Source: Marsupella aquatica
Lineage: Eukaryota; Plantae; Marchantiophyta
Length of the DNA stretch: 64,000 nucleotides
Assembly: GCA_973895155.1 (NCBI GenBank)
Contig: OZ316891.1
Span: 30,945,112-31,009,111, forward strand
Reading direction: 5' to 3'
Part shown: piece after piece, positions 51,024 to 64,000 of the stretch
Layout of the letters: the number at the start of each line of letters is the position of its first letter
Position numbering within the stretch: the stretch's first letter is position 1
Made by a program: the position numbers and the translations under genes
The notes under the pieces: model-generated
Seen by the model: only the letters and a program-made list of their open reading frames with translations
What the model was told of the DNA's origin: nothing
Databases searched by the model: none

Positions 51024-52519
51024 TAGATTTCATAGTTTCTTCTCCCTAGCACAAAGGGACCATTCTCCACTCTAGATTCTCCTCCCTCACACAAAGGTAC
51101 CATTCTCCACACTCACGTATTAAAGAAATACTAAGATATATATTACCCGGCTCGAAGCGCATCAATAGTCTGCGAGATTAGGATTCGGCAAAATATCTCT
51201 TCGGTCAACATGGCGGTTTGTACTACTGGATTCCCGCACCCTACGTGGCCGAGCCAAAGTAATCCGATTGGGCCCAAGAGCCGAAACGACTAAATAACTA
51301 CAAAACCATGACACTCCACTATTAATGCAAGAACCAGAACCGTCGCCGTCGCCGTCGCTTTGCAGCACGAGCTGCCCCTGACATCCACTCTGAGAATGGA
51401 AAGGGGAATAGGGCAGTATTGAAGTACAGTTCCGTATTTGGAAAGATGGGATGTCAGTGCTCGCCTGCCAGCCGTACGGGGCCCGACACAAAAGACCCTC
51501 CCTCGAAGGCAGCACTGCCCCGGGAATAAAGTTGCGGGGTAGGAGGAGGCCTCATCTGTCCGACGGACGGATGCACGGCTGGACGAGCGACGGACGGCTG
51601 ATGTTGCTTTACAGCCAGTGCCCTGCAAAGCCAGAATGGCCGTTCCCGTCCCTGCGCTTATTATTAGCCTGACCGGTCGCCTGCACGAATGCGGAGTGGA
51701 CGAGTTTCACGGCACCCGCAATTTACGTGACTCTGCCCTCCCGCCCGGGTTACCGTTCTGGACTTAGCTGTGTAATGACGACACGACTATACAGGTTTGG
51801 CGCTTTGTTTATCGCATTTGAGACAACAAAGCATACACTAGCTCGATTATCTTTCTTTGAACGTAAATATAAATAAAGAAAAACATTCAATGCTATTTTA
51901 GCCAATCTTTGCACGACTTTTGTTTTCTGTTCACCATCATTTTAGTTTTGTCTCTATTTGGAATCAATATATCCATCCTCAATTCCTCATTTACATTTTT
52001 TATTGAGTCTCATAATCATGATCCCTTTTGTCTATATTCAGGGTTTCGATCAAGGGGCTTCACTCTAGATTTTAGGCCCTTAAGAGTAGACTTTCTTGGG
52101 ACTTTTATAATAAGATTAGGGGCCTGTTTATCTCATTAAAGTTAGAAAACAAACCCCTTTGTAATGGCCATTTTAAGTAGCCTGACTTACACTTGTTTTC
52201 TTTTCTCTCTTTTTGGGGACACAAGAGATCTTGGGGTTGTCATATTGAGCAATCCAATGATTTTCATTGCCCTGAAAATCAGATTCAAGTACCCACTACT
52301 GGCCCCTGAGGGCAGGATTCCATAATTCCTGTAATCCATCCCCACTCTCACCTCCCTAATCCTAGAGTGCCCTCCTCCGTCCTCACAGTACATGGCCACA
52401 CTGCCTATAGGTGATACCGGTGAGATCCCAGTGTGGTTGCACGTCTGAGCACGGTCATCCATTGGGGACATATAACTCCAGATCACTTTACAAAACAAAA
52501 GGGACAGTTTTTCTATACT

Positions 52520-52890
52520 GTTATATGGAATGGAGTGGGGCCCAAACTTTGCTTATGCCGAGCAGGCTTTTGTCCCAGATTATAGGCAACCTCCCTTGGA
52601 GGATGTCTCTTCATCTGACCCTTGGTCCATTCCTATTCTGACTAGTTTGCATTAAAAGTGGGCTTGCAAGTCCTTCATCAAATCTTCTCCTGTCAGAATA
52701 CTGTAGAAATACTCTACTCCCCAATTTGTCTCTTACCAAATTAGTCCAGCACCAGTTGTTGAGGGCCATAAAAGGATTCCAAAAACTCTTCTAGCCACAA
52801 TGTAGTATGTTTAGTATGTCAAATGGCTCTCCAATTTGCTTTGGTGAAAAAGTTCACAAGTGCCCCCTCAGTCTTGTAAAGCCACCCCAA
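52520..52890 (-). repeat. Dispersed repeat family A, copy 2 (partial third copy at about 53495-53560)
   Basis: Reverse-complement match to 990-1405. TTTGCTTTGGTGAAAAA...TCTTGTAAAGCCACCC recurs at about 53505-53560. Confidence 0.8.
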
Positions 52891-54059
52891 GTCCACTCAA
52901 TAACACCTTCATGCAGCTCACCTTGAAACCTTCGGAGAAATCAGGTGAGCTCTTCTGGACTTGCTTGACCAGGTGCAGGTTTGTCTTACTTGGTTTCGAC
53001 CTTGTGTGTTTTGAGGTTCTTTGGTTGATTTTTGCCCTCGGGGTGTGTTCTACTTCACCTTCTTTCAATAAGTGTAAAGGGATCCACCTCTTGAGCTTAG
53101 TTATGAGACCTTGTTTCTGGGTAGGATCTTCCATCCTCTGTCCGTCTCTCCCCCCCCCCCTTATTCCTGGTGCAAGAAGGTCCTTGGATTCTCTACTTGA
53201 AGGTGCTTTCACAAGATGTCAGGGGTCCATTGTTTCTGCTTATTCCCTCAAATATTAAATCTAGACCTTATAATGAGTCCAAATGGTTGCAGTTGACTTT
53301 GCAAGAATTTTTCAGGACCTATTCACGTCTGGAGTCCACTGACCCTACATGGCAAGCACTGTGCTTATATTGTCTAGAATTGTAGACCACCTCCCTAGGT
53401 GATCCAAACCCCAAACTCCAGCTCTCTCATTAAAGAGCTTTGCATTTATTGAACTTTCTTTCTGGTCTGGAGTCTATTTTTAGAATAAGCAATAAGCCTC
53501 TAGTTTGCTTTGGTGAAAAAAAAAGTCAAAATTGTCTGCCACATCTTGTAAAGCCACCCTGAACACCCCGAATCTGACACGTTTTCCAATACCTTAGATC
53601 TGACACTTTTTTGGTGGATCTTTAGTTGAATACTTTTTTCTTTGAACGCTGACTAGATGTCTCAAAGTCGTAAACCCCTTTTAGACATATCCACTCATGG
53701 CATGCAGAATCATGGGTACTCATCACACTCGAAACATTTAGCCCCCCTCCATCCACCTACTGTAGAAGTTTCCAACCAAAAAAAGATCAAACGCATCACC
53801 TGCCTGACCAGAATTTACGTCTTGGATTTGTCCCATTAGGTGGGCAAGAGCAATGATCTCATTAGTTGGTAAGGAGAAATCAGAAGATTTGCAATCCTAG
53901 ATACTTATGCACTCAACCTTGAAAGAGGCTTTATTCATCCAAGGAATTTCATTTATGACTTTTCTATCACAATACCTTTCGACAGCTTAACTTTTATGGA
54001 AAATTCAAAACCTGAGATAAACCTTTAGTGTAGAGGGTGTATGTTGAGTTTCAAGGCTT

Positions 54060-54340
54060 TAGCCTGCACAGGTGTTCCTTGTTCTTTGTAGGGGTGAGAC
54101 AGTTGGTTTTGGGGATTCTAGTAGGATTCCCTTGCTTGACCCTCCTATACACTGGTACTCTACCAAGCACTTCAGTAGGCTTTGCAGTTTTAGTTTTTGT
54201 GTCCCTGTGGGTTCTGGTATTGAGCTTCTGCCTGGGTCCTTTTGGCTTTTTGGCCCTTGGGCTGTCCCCTCTTGATTGGGTATTTTGCCTTGGGGATCAT
54301 GTCTCCCTGTTGGGCACCTTTTGTTCTTTGGCATTTTGAA
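54060..54340 (+). mobile_element. Repeat family C, copy 2 (further fragments at about 58170-58335)
   Basis: Matches 29410-29700 in opposite orientation. CCCCTTGATTGG...TTTGC.TTG..GGATCAT.TCTCCC relics also occur at 58195-58320. Confidence 0.7.
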
Positions 54341-57300
54341 ATAGAATTCAGTACTCTTCAACGTTACAAAATAATCAAAGCAAAGCAAGACAATAGGACA
54401 GGTTTTGTGATACCACCTTTACGAAAGTCAAGTTGATGTTGTTCCTTGGAATAACCTGATTCTGGCCAATTCTGTCCAATAGCAAAAGTGGCTATCACAC
54501 CTGACAAGAATGAGAGGATTACTAGGAAGATGTTGGAGGACTAGCCACATTCTCCAAAACTCTAAAACAATACCAAATGATCCACTAGCCAGGATAGCCC
54601 CTCTATTCTTCCTTTTTTTTGTTTTTGAGGGAAGCAAGTTCATCTCCACACCCCAAGCAGTTGATTTGTGCATCCCATGCTCATTTACCACTACGTTGCT
54701 CATACCAAGTAAAGCTAAGTCCACTATTTCAAAGGAGTGCAAGGAGTTTGGTGAATCATGACCCCGATTGTGGAGGGTTCGCTTATGAGGGTGATGAGCG
54801 CAATGTGGTGTTCATGGGTGCTGACTTGGATTCAATTGGCTGGGAGTGTCACTATTTCTATGCTCCACCAGGATTCTGCACTTTTCCCCAGCAGTGGCAA
54901 TCCTTGAGCCCGTCCCTAAGGGCGATTGCCTACAGTTTTTCCTCCTTGTCTGCTCCTTGTGCATCCAGGGACTCTTTCTGTGATAATGGTTGAGTCCTGT
55001 CCTAGTAGCCAATTTTGGGGTGGCAAGTCTCCTCTCTTCTGTTTCAAATGTCAGTTACATTTTTTGGGCTGAGCCTATCTCCCCCGGTGTTACTGCTGGC
55101 CTTCTTTGGTGTGGTCCCTCCACGCCCTCGCTTGGACCTGGTGGTGCTCTAGACTTCGCTTCATGTTGTTTGCCTTGGGTTGGGATGACTCTCTGTTGGG
55201 ATCCTTTTCCCTTGACTGGGGGCTTTCCTCACTTCATTATGACTTCCCTTTGTTTCCTCCCCCTTTTGGGGCTCTTTTGCTTTTGGGCCTGCGGGGTCCC
55301 CCCATCCATGGGGTTCATGCGGAATAAACATATTTAAAAATAAAAATGAAATGTCAGTTACATTTTTAACAGTGGATTTAAAAGGTTTAGTTGGCAGCTT
55401 AGTTGTGGCCTTGCCCTTCCGTGTGGGGGCAGTGTTGTGTTCTTGGCTGTGCCTGGTAGTGTGATGTTATTTAAGCTTGCTTGTTGGTCCTTTTGGTGCC
55501 CCAGGGCGTCCGCCTCATTGGCCCCTGGCAGGTATCCCTAGTTTTAATTTTGGGGTTGTGCGGGTTGTGCTTGGGGGGGGGGGGGGGTTACTTTGGGGTT
55601 TCTCAGAGAACATATTGTATTAAGTTTGGCCCACACTGGGCCGGGCACACGGGGCTTTGCTTTTATAAAATTGGGGGTATTCCTGTGCCCAAGTTGCGCG
55701 ACCCTGTCACTCAACGTGGTTTGCCTTCCTTTTCCAAAAAGAAAAGAAAAGGAATTCTTCTAGGCATGTGGGCTCGTGAAGTGGGCACTCCAAAGTCCAA
55801 ACAACAGGAGAATGCCATCAGGTTCCTAAACTTTAAAATTAGTACTGTAATAAATTAATGACACTTTCACTTTGTATTGGATGATTGCAAGCCCCACCAT
55901 CGAAGCTGTTGTCGATCTATCATTGCAGCCCTGTCACACCCCATCACTCCCGTCCGCCTCCCCTATGACCTTCCCAACGTGGTGTCCTTGTGGGCCACTT
56001 AACAATGTATACCTTGCATAGATGTGAAAGAATCATGACATCCCAATTCAGACCTATTAACTCCAGAATAAGTTGGAGCTAGGCTCACAGCTGTGGGGAT
56101 TTGCTATAGATCTAGGGCACCCATCATATGCTATGGGACCCCCATTAACTCAATGGAAGAGGGGGGATTCACTTTCTTCCTTTGCCTGCACCTTTTGTTA
56201 CGAAACAATGATTTCATGTATAAGTGATTTGCAAGGCACCCTGTCCTGATGCTCTTTAGGGAGTGCCAGACTGTAATCTCATTTGCAAGTCTACTAGAGA
56301 GGCACTGAGAGCCACCTCCACCTCAACACTTGGCAGAACCTGGCTTGAGAACCATGGTGCAGTAAGGGCTCCAGAACAAAGGCTTGGCCCCTTCAATCAG
56401 ACATGGGAATCCTGACATCCCGTTACTCCTCAATACTTGAGGTTCAGTAAAACCTCGAGTTGACCCGGTTTTCTGGGCCAGGGGCCCGTTTGCGTTATTG
56501 AAGAAATATCAGAGGAGTTGTGTGACTTTAGTATTTCTCAGAATTGGGGGCTGGTGGGACTTGAGAGGCAAGGCAAGGCAAAGCAAGTAAGGCTGGCTGG
56601 CTGGCTGGACAGACATGGATGTCCTGACATAACCTACTTGACCTCTATGCATTGTTGATGATCTTCCAGAAGTTGACCCCCAAATCATAAGAAATGTCTG
56701 AGGATTGTAGTAACTCCAGTCTGGTGTAAAAACTATTCTTGTGGGGAAGAGAGACACTCATTGAGGAAGGGACAAAATGGGGCCCCCCGTCAATCGAAAT
56801 ACCTTTCACTTTGGGCTGGTGTGGGTGTTACAAGCACATGCAAGCAATGAAATGCTCTACAAAGGCAGCCACTCTAGGTTTTCTTGGCCACCTAAGAAAC
56901 GATGCTTTATTAATGTCCATTAGCATTATTAGCTATGGAGCAGTAGGATACGGTAGCCCAAGTGGATTTGTCGCCTTTCCCTTAGCATGTCGTCAATTAT
57001 CACACGTGTGAGTAAATCTGGAGCATCTATTGGACTGAACTTTTCGTGTTCTGCTTTTTCCTTTTTTTGGGTGGGGTGGGTTTTGGGGAGCTGTTTGCTT
57101 GCTCTCTGGACTTTCCTGATGGCCAGGCGACCCACAGTGTCCTTTACTCGTATTTTAATAATGTTGTTTGAAAGGCAGAGGTCTTTTCAGAGTCGCCAAT
57201 GATCACACACCCTGCTATTTTTGGAATGCAAACTCATGCCTATCCTAGAACTTTGTTTGCCATCACACCTCGTGAAGGACTTTTCAAATTGGATGTGAAA

Positions 57301-60300
57301 ACAAGAATCAACATCATCATGAATTCTTTTGCTCACTTTGTCTTGATTCCCTGCATTAAAAGCCCCAAGGCCCATCCTAAAGGAACGCAAACAGTGGATA
57401 GATTTTTCCCGAATTTCTCTGAGATTCTCAGTTTTCCCATTTCTTTATACTGGTATTTGTTTTAAATGCTGGATGGAATATTGGATTTTATTTGAATCCA
57501 AGCCTGGCCCTCAGTTGCCACTTGTACGGCGACTTAGTAGTTTATTTATAGGGAAGTCCATAAAGTGCCCTGCCGACTATTATTCCAGTGCAGTCTTGTC
57601 ATCACTAAAAACGACCATTTTTTGTCCTCAATCGAGGACATAATATATATATTGCAAAATAATAACATATATCATGATTGGTCAACATATAAGTTGCACG
57701 AAAAGAAGAACAAATCTCCTTGTGAATTACTGCACGAAACACTTCTATTTAGATGATTTTCTTGTGCAACTGTCCAGATCTATCGCATAGGGCAATGAAA
57801 TAGATCCTAACCAGGTCAGACAGAGAGGCAATCTATTGCTTAGTCTAAAGTCGCTCTAACAATGTAGTAATAATCGAGGACATTTCTGGAACCTTTGGCA
57901 TATCTTTCATATTCGAATTACCTCGAGTTTCCTCGTTCTCTATATTGTCGTTTAATGAAACGATTGAATTAATTGTGACCAAAAGCCATGCCATGAAAGT
58001 AGTGTTTGACTAGGAACACAGCAGGAGTTGCATCACAAGAGCAACCTTCCAACAGTCTTCTTAAGACAACCAATTTTTGTCTACATAGGTTCTCACAAAA
58101 AACCATACTTTCAAAAAGATCTGTGTATCTACAAAGACCAAAACAAGGACGAGAAAAAGAAGGCTTCTAAGCTATTGTTTGGCCTTTTGGTTGTTCCCCC
58201 TTGATTGGGTTTTTATTTGCCTTGAAACATCCAATTGAAATACATTCAAAGAGACAGAATACAATAGGGTGGCCCCTTGATTGGCTCTTTTGCTTGAGGG
58301 ATCATATCTCCCAGCTGCAAGACTTTTTTTTCTCTGCAGTTTGAAGTAAATCTATTGAAACAAACAAAAAGTTCCAAACTTAAATGAATTGTCATGTCAG
58401 ACTGCTGATGCTTGTCCTTACCATCTCCCATAGCTGCCTTGCACAATAAACTAATAGCTACTATAGTAGAAAATATCAGTCCCCAAGAATTTTTTTGAAA
58501 AATGCATATTTAAGGAATATTCTAAGCATGATGTCAAACGCCTAATGCAATATACATTATATATTGTTTCTAAAGTTAAAACACTAAATCTAGATAAATT
58601 ACTGAAACTGAAGCCAGGATGGACCACCATGTTGGACATAGTGCTCCCGTGGATCACATTTTGGCAGTTTATGGGAATTTGGGGCCCACAAGTTGATGAT
58701 TATGAGTACTAAAATAAGTTGTAGTTTTGCAACTCCAAGGTAACTAGAGAGGAGGAGAAATAAAAAACACAAGCCCAAATATTCCATATTAAACACAATG
58801 AAAATTAATCCATTGGAATTTATGCCTCCTCATTCTATGATGAAAAGTTCAATGAAATGGCCAAAAATTCACTGCCACATTGACGGAAGTGTAGCTTACC
58901 CACTCCTCTGGCATATCACCAAACTATTCTTTTTTGGTTGGAATTTTGGGAAAATGTGGTCCATGGGGATTTGAAAGACCAATCTTATGGATCCATGGGG
59001 GCAATGCCATATACTTTAAAATGCGGAAATATTTAGTTTTTTAGCAGGGGCATACACACACCCTTATCGTCTCTATGATACGCTAAGGGAAGTAAAGGTA
59101 TTTTGTCATGGGAGAAGATGAAGAGTGAACATTTCCGATGCAAACATCAAGATTGCACCACGAATATAAGTGAGTGGACATTGAACTAGGCATTTTCTGG
59201 CATCCATGATCAGAGCTTCAATAGAGCCAAAGGACATGTGACGAATACAATGCCCCCTTCTCACCTTATCTCAATGGTCAGTCATTTGGGACCATTACAT
59301 CTCTCAATATTCTCCCATTATTGAATCTCAGATCGCGCAGGAAAGACAATGATTATGTTTGGGTTTATCTCCATTGTTTTGAAACCTTGGTTTCTCACAC
59401 GTTAGAACTTGCCATTGTTGCACTCTTGAGAAGGAACAGAAGGAATGATCTGTTGGAGATTTGGGGGTCACTTGGATCCAAAGGTTTCTTGGTGAGAGAT
59501 AGGATTCAGGCAACAGCTGACGTCGAAGCTTCCGCTACAGTAGTGGCGTGAAGCTCGCTTGGAAGCAAAGACGGTTGATCTGTATGTTGTCTCTTTTGGT
59601 AGGTGTGGGCACGACCTGCTCCCATCGTTCATGACAAAGCTCAAATTGCATCATAATTGGTTTTTAGTATAATGGGTGACTGAAGTATCATTCTTTGCAA
59701 CTTGGGACTGGCTGTGAAGAGAACGGTTGGATCCAGGTAACGTTGGGCACCTTTCTGCTGCCAGAAAGAACATTGATTGTAACCAAAAGCAAATCCGTAA
59801 CAATGTGCTCCCACCAAATTCGCTGCGAAGGCTACAGAGCCAACTCTGACCATGATGAACCCACCTGACTGGATCCTTGGCGTCTTCCATGTTATTGACG
59901 AGCAGGCTTTCCAATTGAATCGATCTGAAAAGTTCAATAGAATCTTCTCGGGAGCAAAACAATTGCAACCTTTAGGAGAAAGTTCTTCGAACCTTGCCGT
60001 ACAAAAACTCCCCCAGGGTGTTCCTTTGTCATGTCCAGAAGAAGCCCTGGCCCCAAGTCAGGACGGGGCATTGGGGCCTGGGGCCCATTTGTCAGCTTGA
60101 ATCTTGTTTCATGTGGTCTACATGGACATCAATCTACCCGTAAAATGTATATTTTATTGTTGTCAAGATAGGGCATTTCCCCACAGCACGATACCATCTC
60201 GATTCTCGCTCTTTTATCTTTTCAAGTTTTTGACTCACTCTCTTTACACCTTCGGACCATCTTAAAAGATTCAAACCTCCCCTGGGTCTAGACGTTCCAG

Positions 60301-60878
60301 GTTTGAGCTAAATCGTGTATCTTTGCTGGTCACAGTTATCCGGGAACCTCTCCACCCCCTCCTTCCCAACCGCTTCATTCAACGTGTGGCAACATCTCCA
60401 TACTTGGGCTTGGTTTCCTTTCTCCATTGTGCTCATAAATCGGCAGGTTGCTATGTCTGATCTCAGGATTTACAATGCCTCGAGGACTTCTTCACTTTTG
60501 AAGTTCATCTCATCCTACACTGTCTTCAACGAATTGTCTTTCCATTCCAATCCAACCTCCTAGGAAAAGTGAGGCCCATAATCTTGTAGTTCTTAGTTTG
60601 TGAAGACTCCGGAAATTGCAACAGCCTTGGCTTTATTGTAATGGCGGAAATGCGCAGTTCCAAGAAGAGCAATTCAGGGTGTGTGTTTGGAGCCAGTAAT
60701 ACGTGACGAACCAAAACACATCAAGGAAGAGGAAGAGGAAGAGGACGGGAAAAGCACCAGAGAAGTCCAAAGAAGTGGAAAATCAATTTGTTCAAGATTC
60801 AAAAACAACATTCTCACACAAATGGCTCCAAGCATTCTCGGCTTCAGACATCAACATTATATCTTTAATTTTTTGAGT

Positions 60879-63800
60879 TCAAGCCACAATTGTTTGCTTT
60901 TCTACATCTTTAATTATTGGTGCTTTGTAATACTCCTTCTTTGGGATACCCTTCCTCCTCATAATTTCCAAGTGTATTAAGAGGGCTGTTATATCAGCTG
61001 GGTTGACTCCTCCTACTCGTGCTGCTTGTCCTATGGTCTCTGGGCGGATCTGCATTTTCGAACCGAGATACACACAATTAGACTCGGAATGAATTTGATA
61101 CATGCGCAACTTCATTTGCACTCATTATAACAATATTATAATTTGTTGCAGCAGCATTACAACTGAGAGTAACCCACTTTGCGGCAAAAGGAGACAAGTT
61201 AACTGGAGAGACTTGTATGGACCACACCTCTGTGTAGGCTTTCCGTCTACCTCGGTAACTTTCCCGGAAACCTTATGGTTAGGCACAATCTCGAAGAATT
61301 TTTTTAAATGAGGAACGGCTTGTTAAGGGTTGAGATTTACAACTGACTGGAATGTGCAGTTTCATCGACGACACACAAATCCAATCGGTTGATGACTGTA
61401 CCTTTGAAAGCTTCTCACGCGCCTCCAGTGACAGTGTTGAAATTGTGCAGTAGTCAATATCCACGGGGATGGACTTATGTTGCTTATGTGCCATCTGATA
61501 TAGCAAGAAGCTACTTAGATTTAACCCAAAAAACCATTTTTCTCTTCGAGAATAAATGGGCAAAGCAAAAGAAGCCTCAGCAAAAACTTATACCTGTTCA
61601 AGTTGGATCCTTTGACGATTAATAAATCCCTCGTACTTGATATCAATCTCCACGCATTCCTTATCAGAAGAAGTTAGACACATGTCTCCTCCCAGTCCGT
61701 GTCGATCCAGAACATCATAATGTACATGGGGGCGTTTCAAAATCGTTTCCAACAATATTACTTCATTGATGCTTTGCCCTGATATTTCTTTCACCTCCTC
61801 AGCAATCTCGTGAGTTGCTGCAGATAAACCTTGCTACGTCAGCATGCCACATAATGCATGGAAATAATCTGTCCGTTCGAGACACTTCTAGAGTTAATTG
61901 GCCCCGAATAGTTACCAACACACAGCCTACCGGATGCTTTTATTAGTTTCTTCGTTGACAGCAAAAACGGGAGTTCAAGGTGCTGAGCTTGATCTATATA
62001 CTTCATTCATTCATGATTATTATTAGCCAGTTCTTCATGTCCTTACTGCGAGTCTACTGGCAGACAACAAGACGAAAAACTTCATTCACTCGCAAAAGGC
62101 AGAAAAGCTCGCCCGTAAACAACTAATAAGTGGGTTCCCAAATTCTAGATACCCCAAACCTTGAAATAAGAGAAAGGAAGGTCCCTCACTACAACGGTAA
62201 ACAATTACGGGCAGAGAAAGTGGGGTTCCCATAGGAATGCGGAAGGGCGAAAGGGGCCGCGAGGTGGGGTATCCAAAATGTATTACCAGGAATTCTGGTG
62301 GTTTTCAGACGTTGCTTTTCTGCAGATATGCGCACTTGCTTGTCCTCGAAAAGCTTCCACATTCGATCGTCGACGAGCCCTAGTTTCCTACCCAATGGGG
62401 TCAATCGACTGTCTGCATTGTCAGCCCGCAAAAGCAGTCGGTGTTCTGAACGGCTGCGAAAAATAAAACAAAAGGTGATATGTAAGCCCTGGATAAATGT
62501 GTCACATGACACGCGTTCATGATATATCTGATTATCTCAAAAGACCTCAAAAGAATATTATTACTTGTGCCCGAGTATCATACTCATGGCATATCTAAGA
62601 AGGAAAATAAAAGGAACAAAGGAAGTCCAATGGTTTCCCCATTCAAGCTAGAAAAAAGGATTTCAATTAAAAACGCATAGTATACCGTTACCCTGACAAT
62701 TATTTAGCACAAGCAAAGCACTATGATGCAACGTAAGAACATCTGTGACAGAATCATGCAAGCTAGCGGGCTTTACTGCTGAGAAAGTTAAAGTACCTCG
62801 TTAACATCCGGTATGGTTCCCTGAGATCTTTGGTGACAAGATCATCAACGAGGGTGCCGACGTAGCTACTTTCACGTTCCAATACCACAAGCTCTTTCCC
62901 AGCTGACAATCGTGCCGCATTGAGACCAGCTAAGAGCCCCTGTAACAGCCAGCACATGCCCTCTCATATGATGGTCAGGTTACCTAGAGTCAGGGAGCCA
63001 TGACTTCACTCACACCGACCCAGTTCCCTAGATTACTCGGAGACCAGTATCCGTGTCTTATTGTAATTCATCCAGTAGACAAGTAATACACAGCATGATA
63101 CACAAACTTCGCTCCCCTAATATGCAGTACTCACCTGTGCTGCAGCTTCTTCATACCCCGTTGTTCCATTGATCTGCCCACTGAAAAAGAGTCCTTCTAG
63201 CTTCTTGGTCATGAGTGTTCTATGGCACTGGTAGGCAGGTAGATAGTCATACTCGACTGCATAAGCAGGTCTCAGCATTGAACATTGTTCTAGCCCTGGA
63301 AGTGACTGTAAAAGTGCCAGCTGGAGGCGCTCTGGGAGACCTGTTGAGAACCCCTGTTCAAAAAGTTCGTCATTGACCTGACAAAGTCTTTCACTGGCAT
63401 AAGAAGTATATGCGACACGAAATATCAACTTAACCAAAATTCAGATCAACTTTGTGGAACGTAAAGCTTTGTTCCTACGAACGCATCATACTAGGGCAGG
63501 CATGCTGTCACCCGAGAGTTTTTAGGTCAACTGAGTTATATACCTGGACATAGAGCTCGGGAACCGTCCGACCCTCGGGTTCTAAGAAAATCTGATGTGA
63601 TTCTTTGTCCTTGAATCTCACAATCTGGAAGACAGTACAGACCATATGCTCGCCTTGTTACAATGAGGACCTATCATGGTGGGATCACACACTTAAATGA
63701 CTCGGACTATTCACATAAAATGAATTTGCACACTCAGTCCGGCTAATAAAGGTGATAAAGATCCAGCACAATAAACAGAAACCTTCAACTGCAAGTGGGA

Positions 63801-63988
63801 GTCACTACCTTATCCTCTATTGAAGGACAATAACGGGGCCCTTTAGCCTCCACCCATCCACCATAAGTTGGGGTCTCATGCAGATTCTCGGTAATCAGAC
63901 GATGAGTGGCTGCTGTTGTGCGTGTCAAATAACAGCACATCTGTTCTCTCTCTATATGCACCTCAGGATCCAGACTAAACCATCGCAC
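60879..63988 (-). CDS. mnmG: tRNA uridine-5-carboxymethylaminomethyl(34) synthesis enzyme MnmG/GidA, organellar; 3' part only (8 exons, about 425 aa), gene continues beyond the window
   Basis: Minus-strand exons 63809-63988, 63544-63624, 63135-63353, 62797-62939, 62287-62453, 61594-61817, 61402-61494 and 60879-61049, all flanked by GT-AG and in phase. Motifs: [122 protein letters not shown]. Confidence 0.97.
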
Positions 63989-64000
63989 CTGCAACAGACA

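Noticed and set aside
56880-57470. Possible LINE ORF1 zinc-knuckle relic, with FLW- or WxIW-like relics at about 28470, 39530 and 54570
   Set aside because: Too degenerate to call or delimit by eye; probably ordinary L1 debris.

Overview
Eukaryotic nuclear DNA from a land plant, probably non-seed (inferred from the CRE-type retroelement and the protein style; not proven). The window is gene-poor and repeat-rich. Two genes are well supported, both on the minus strand with GT-AG introns. One is a complete 4-exon BOI/BRG (SBP-family) RING E3 ubiquitin ligase (34476-36350, 372 aa). The other is the last 8 exons of an organellar MnmG/GidA tRNA-modification enzyme (60879-63988), whose 5' end lies outside the window. 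The remainder is transposon and repeat debris: a structurally complete non-coding 3.64-kb LTR retroelement (short LTRs, 5-bp TSD, half-tRNA-Ile PBS), a 5'-truncated CRE-like non-LTR element with a restriction-like endonuclease domain, a fold-back MITE, several dispersed repeat families, many short tandem duplications and a probable decayed receptor-kinase pseudogene. I found no tRNA, rRNA or CRISPR feature and no convincing new multi-gene system. The best leads are the two unusual retroelements and tandem splice acceptors in the BOI gene.
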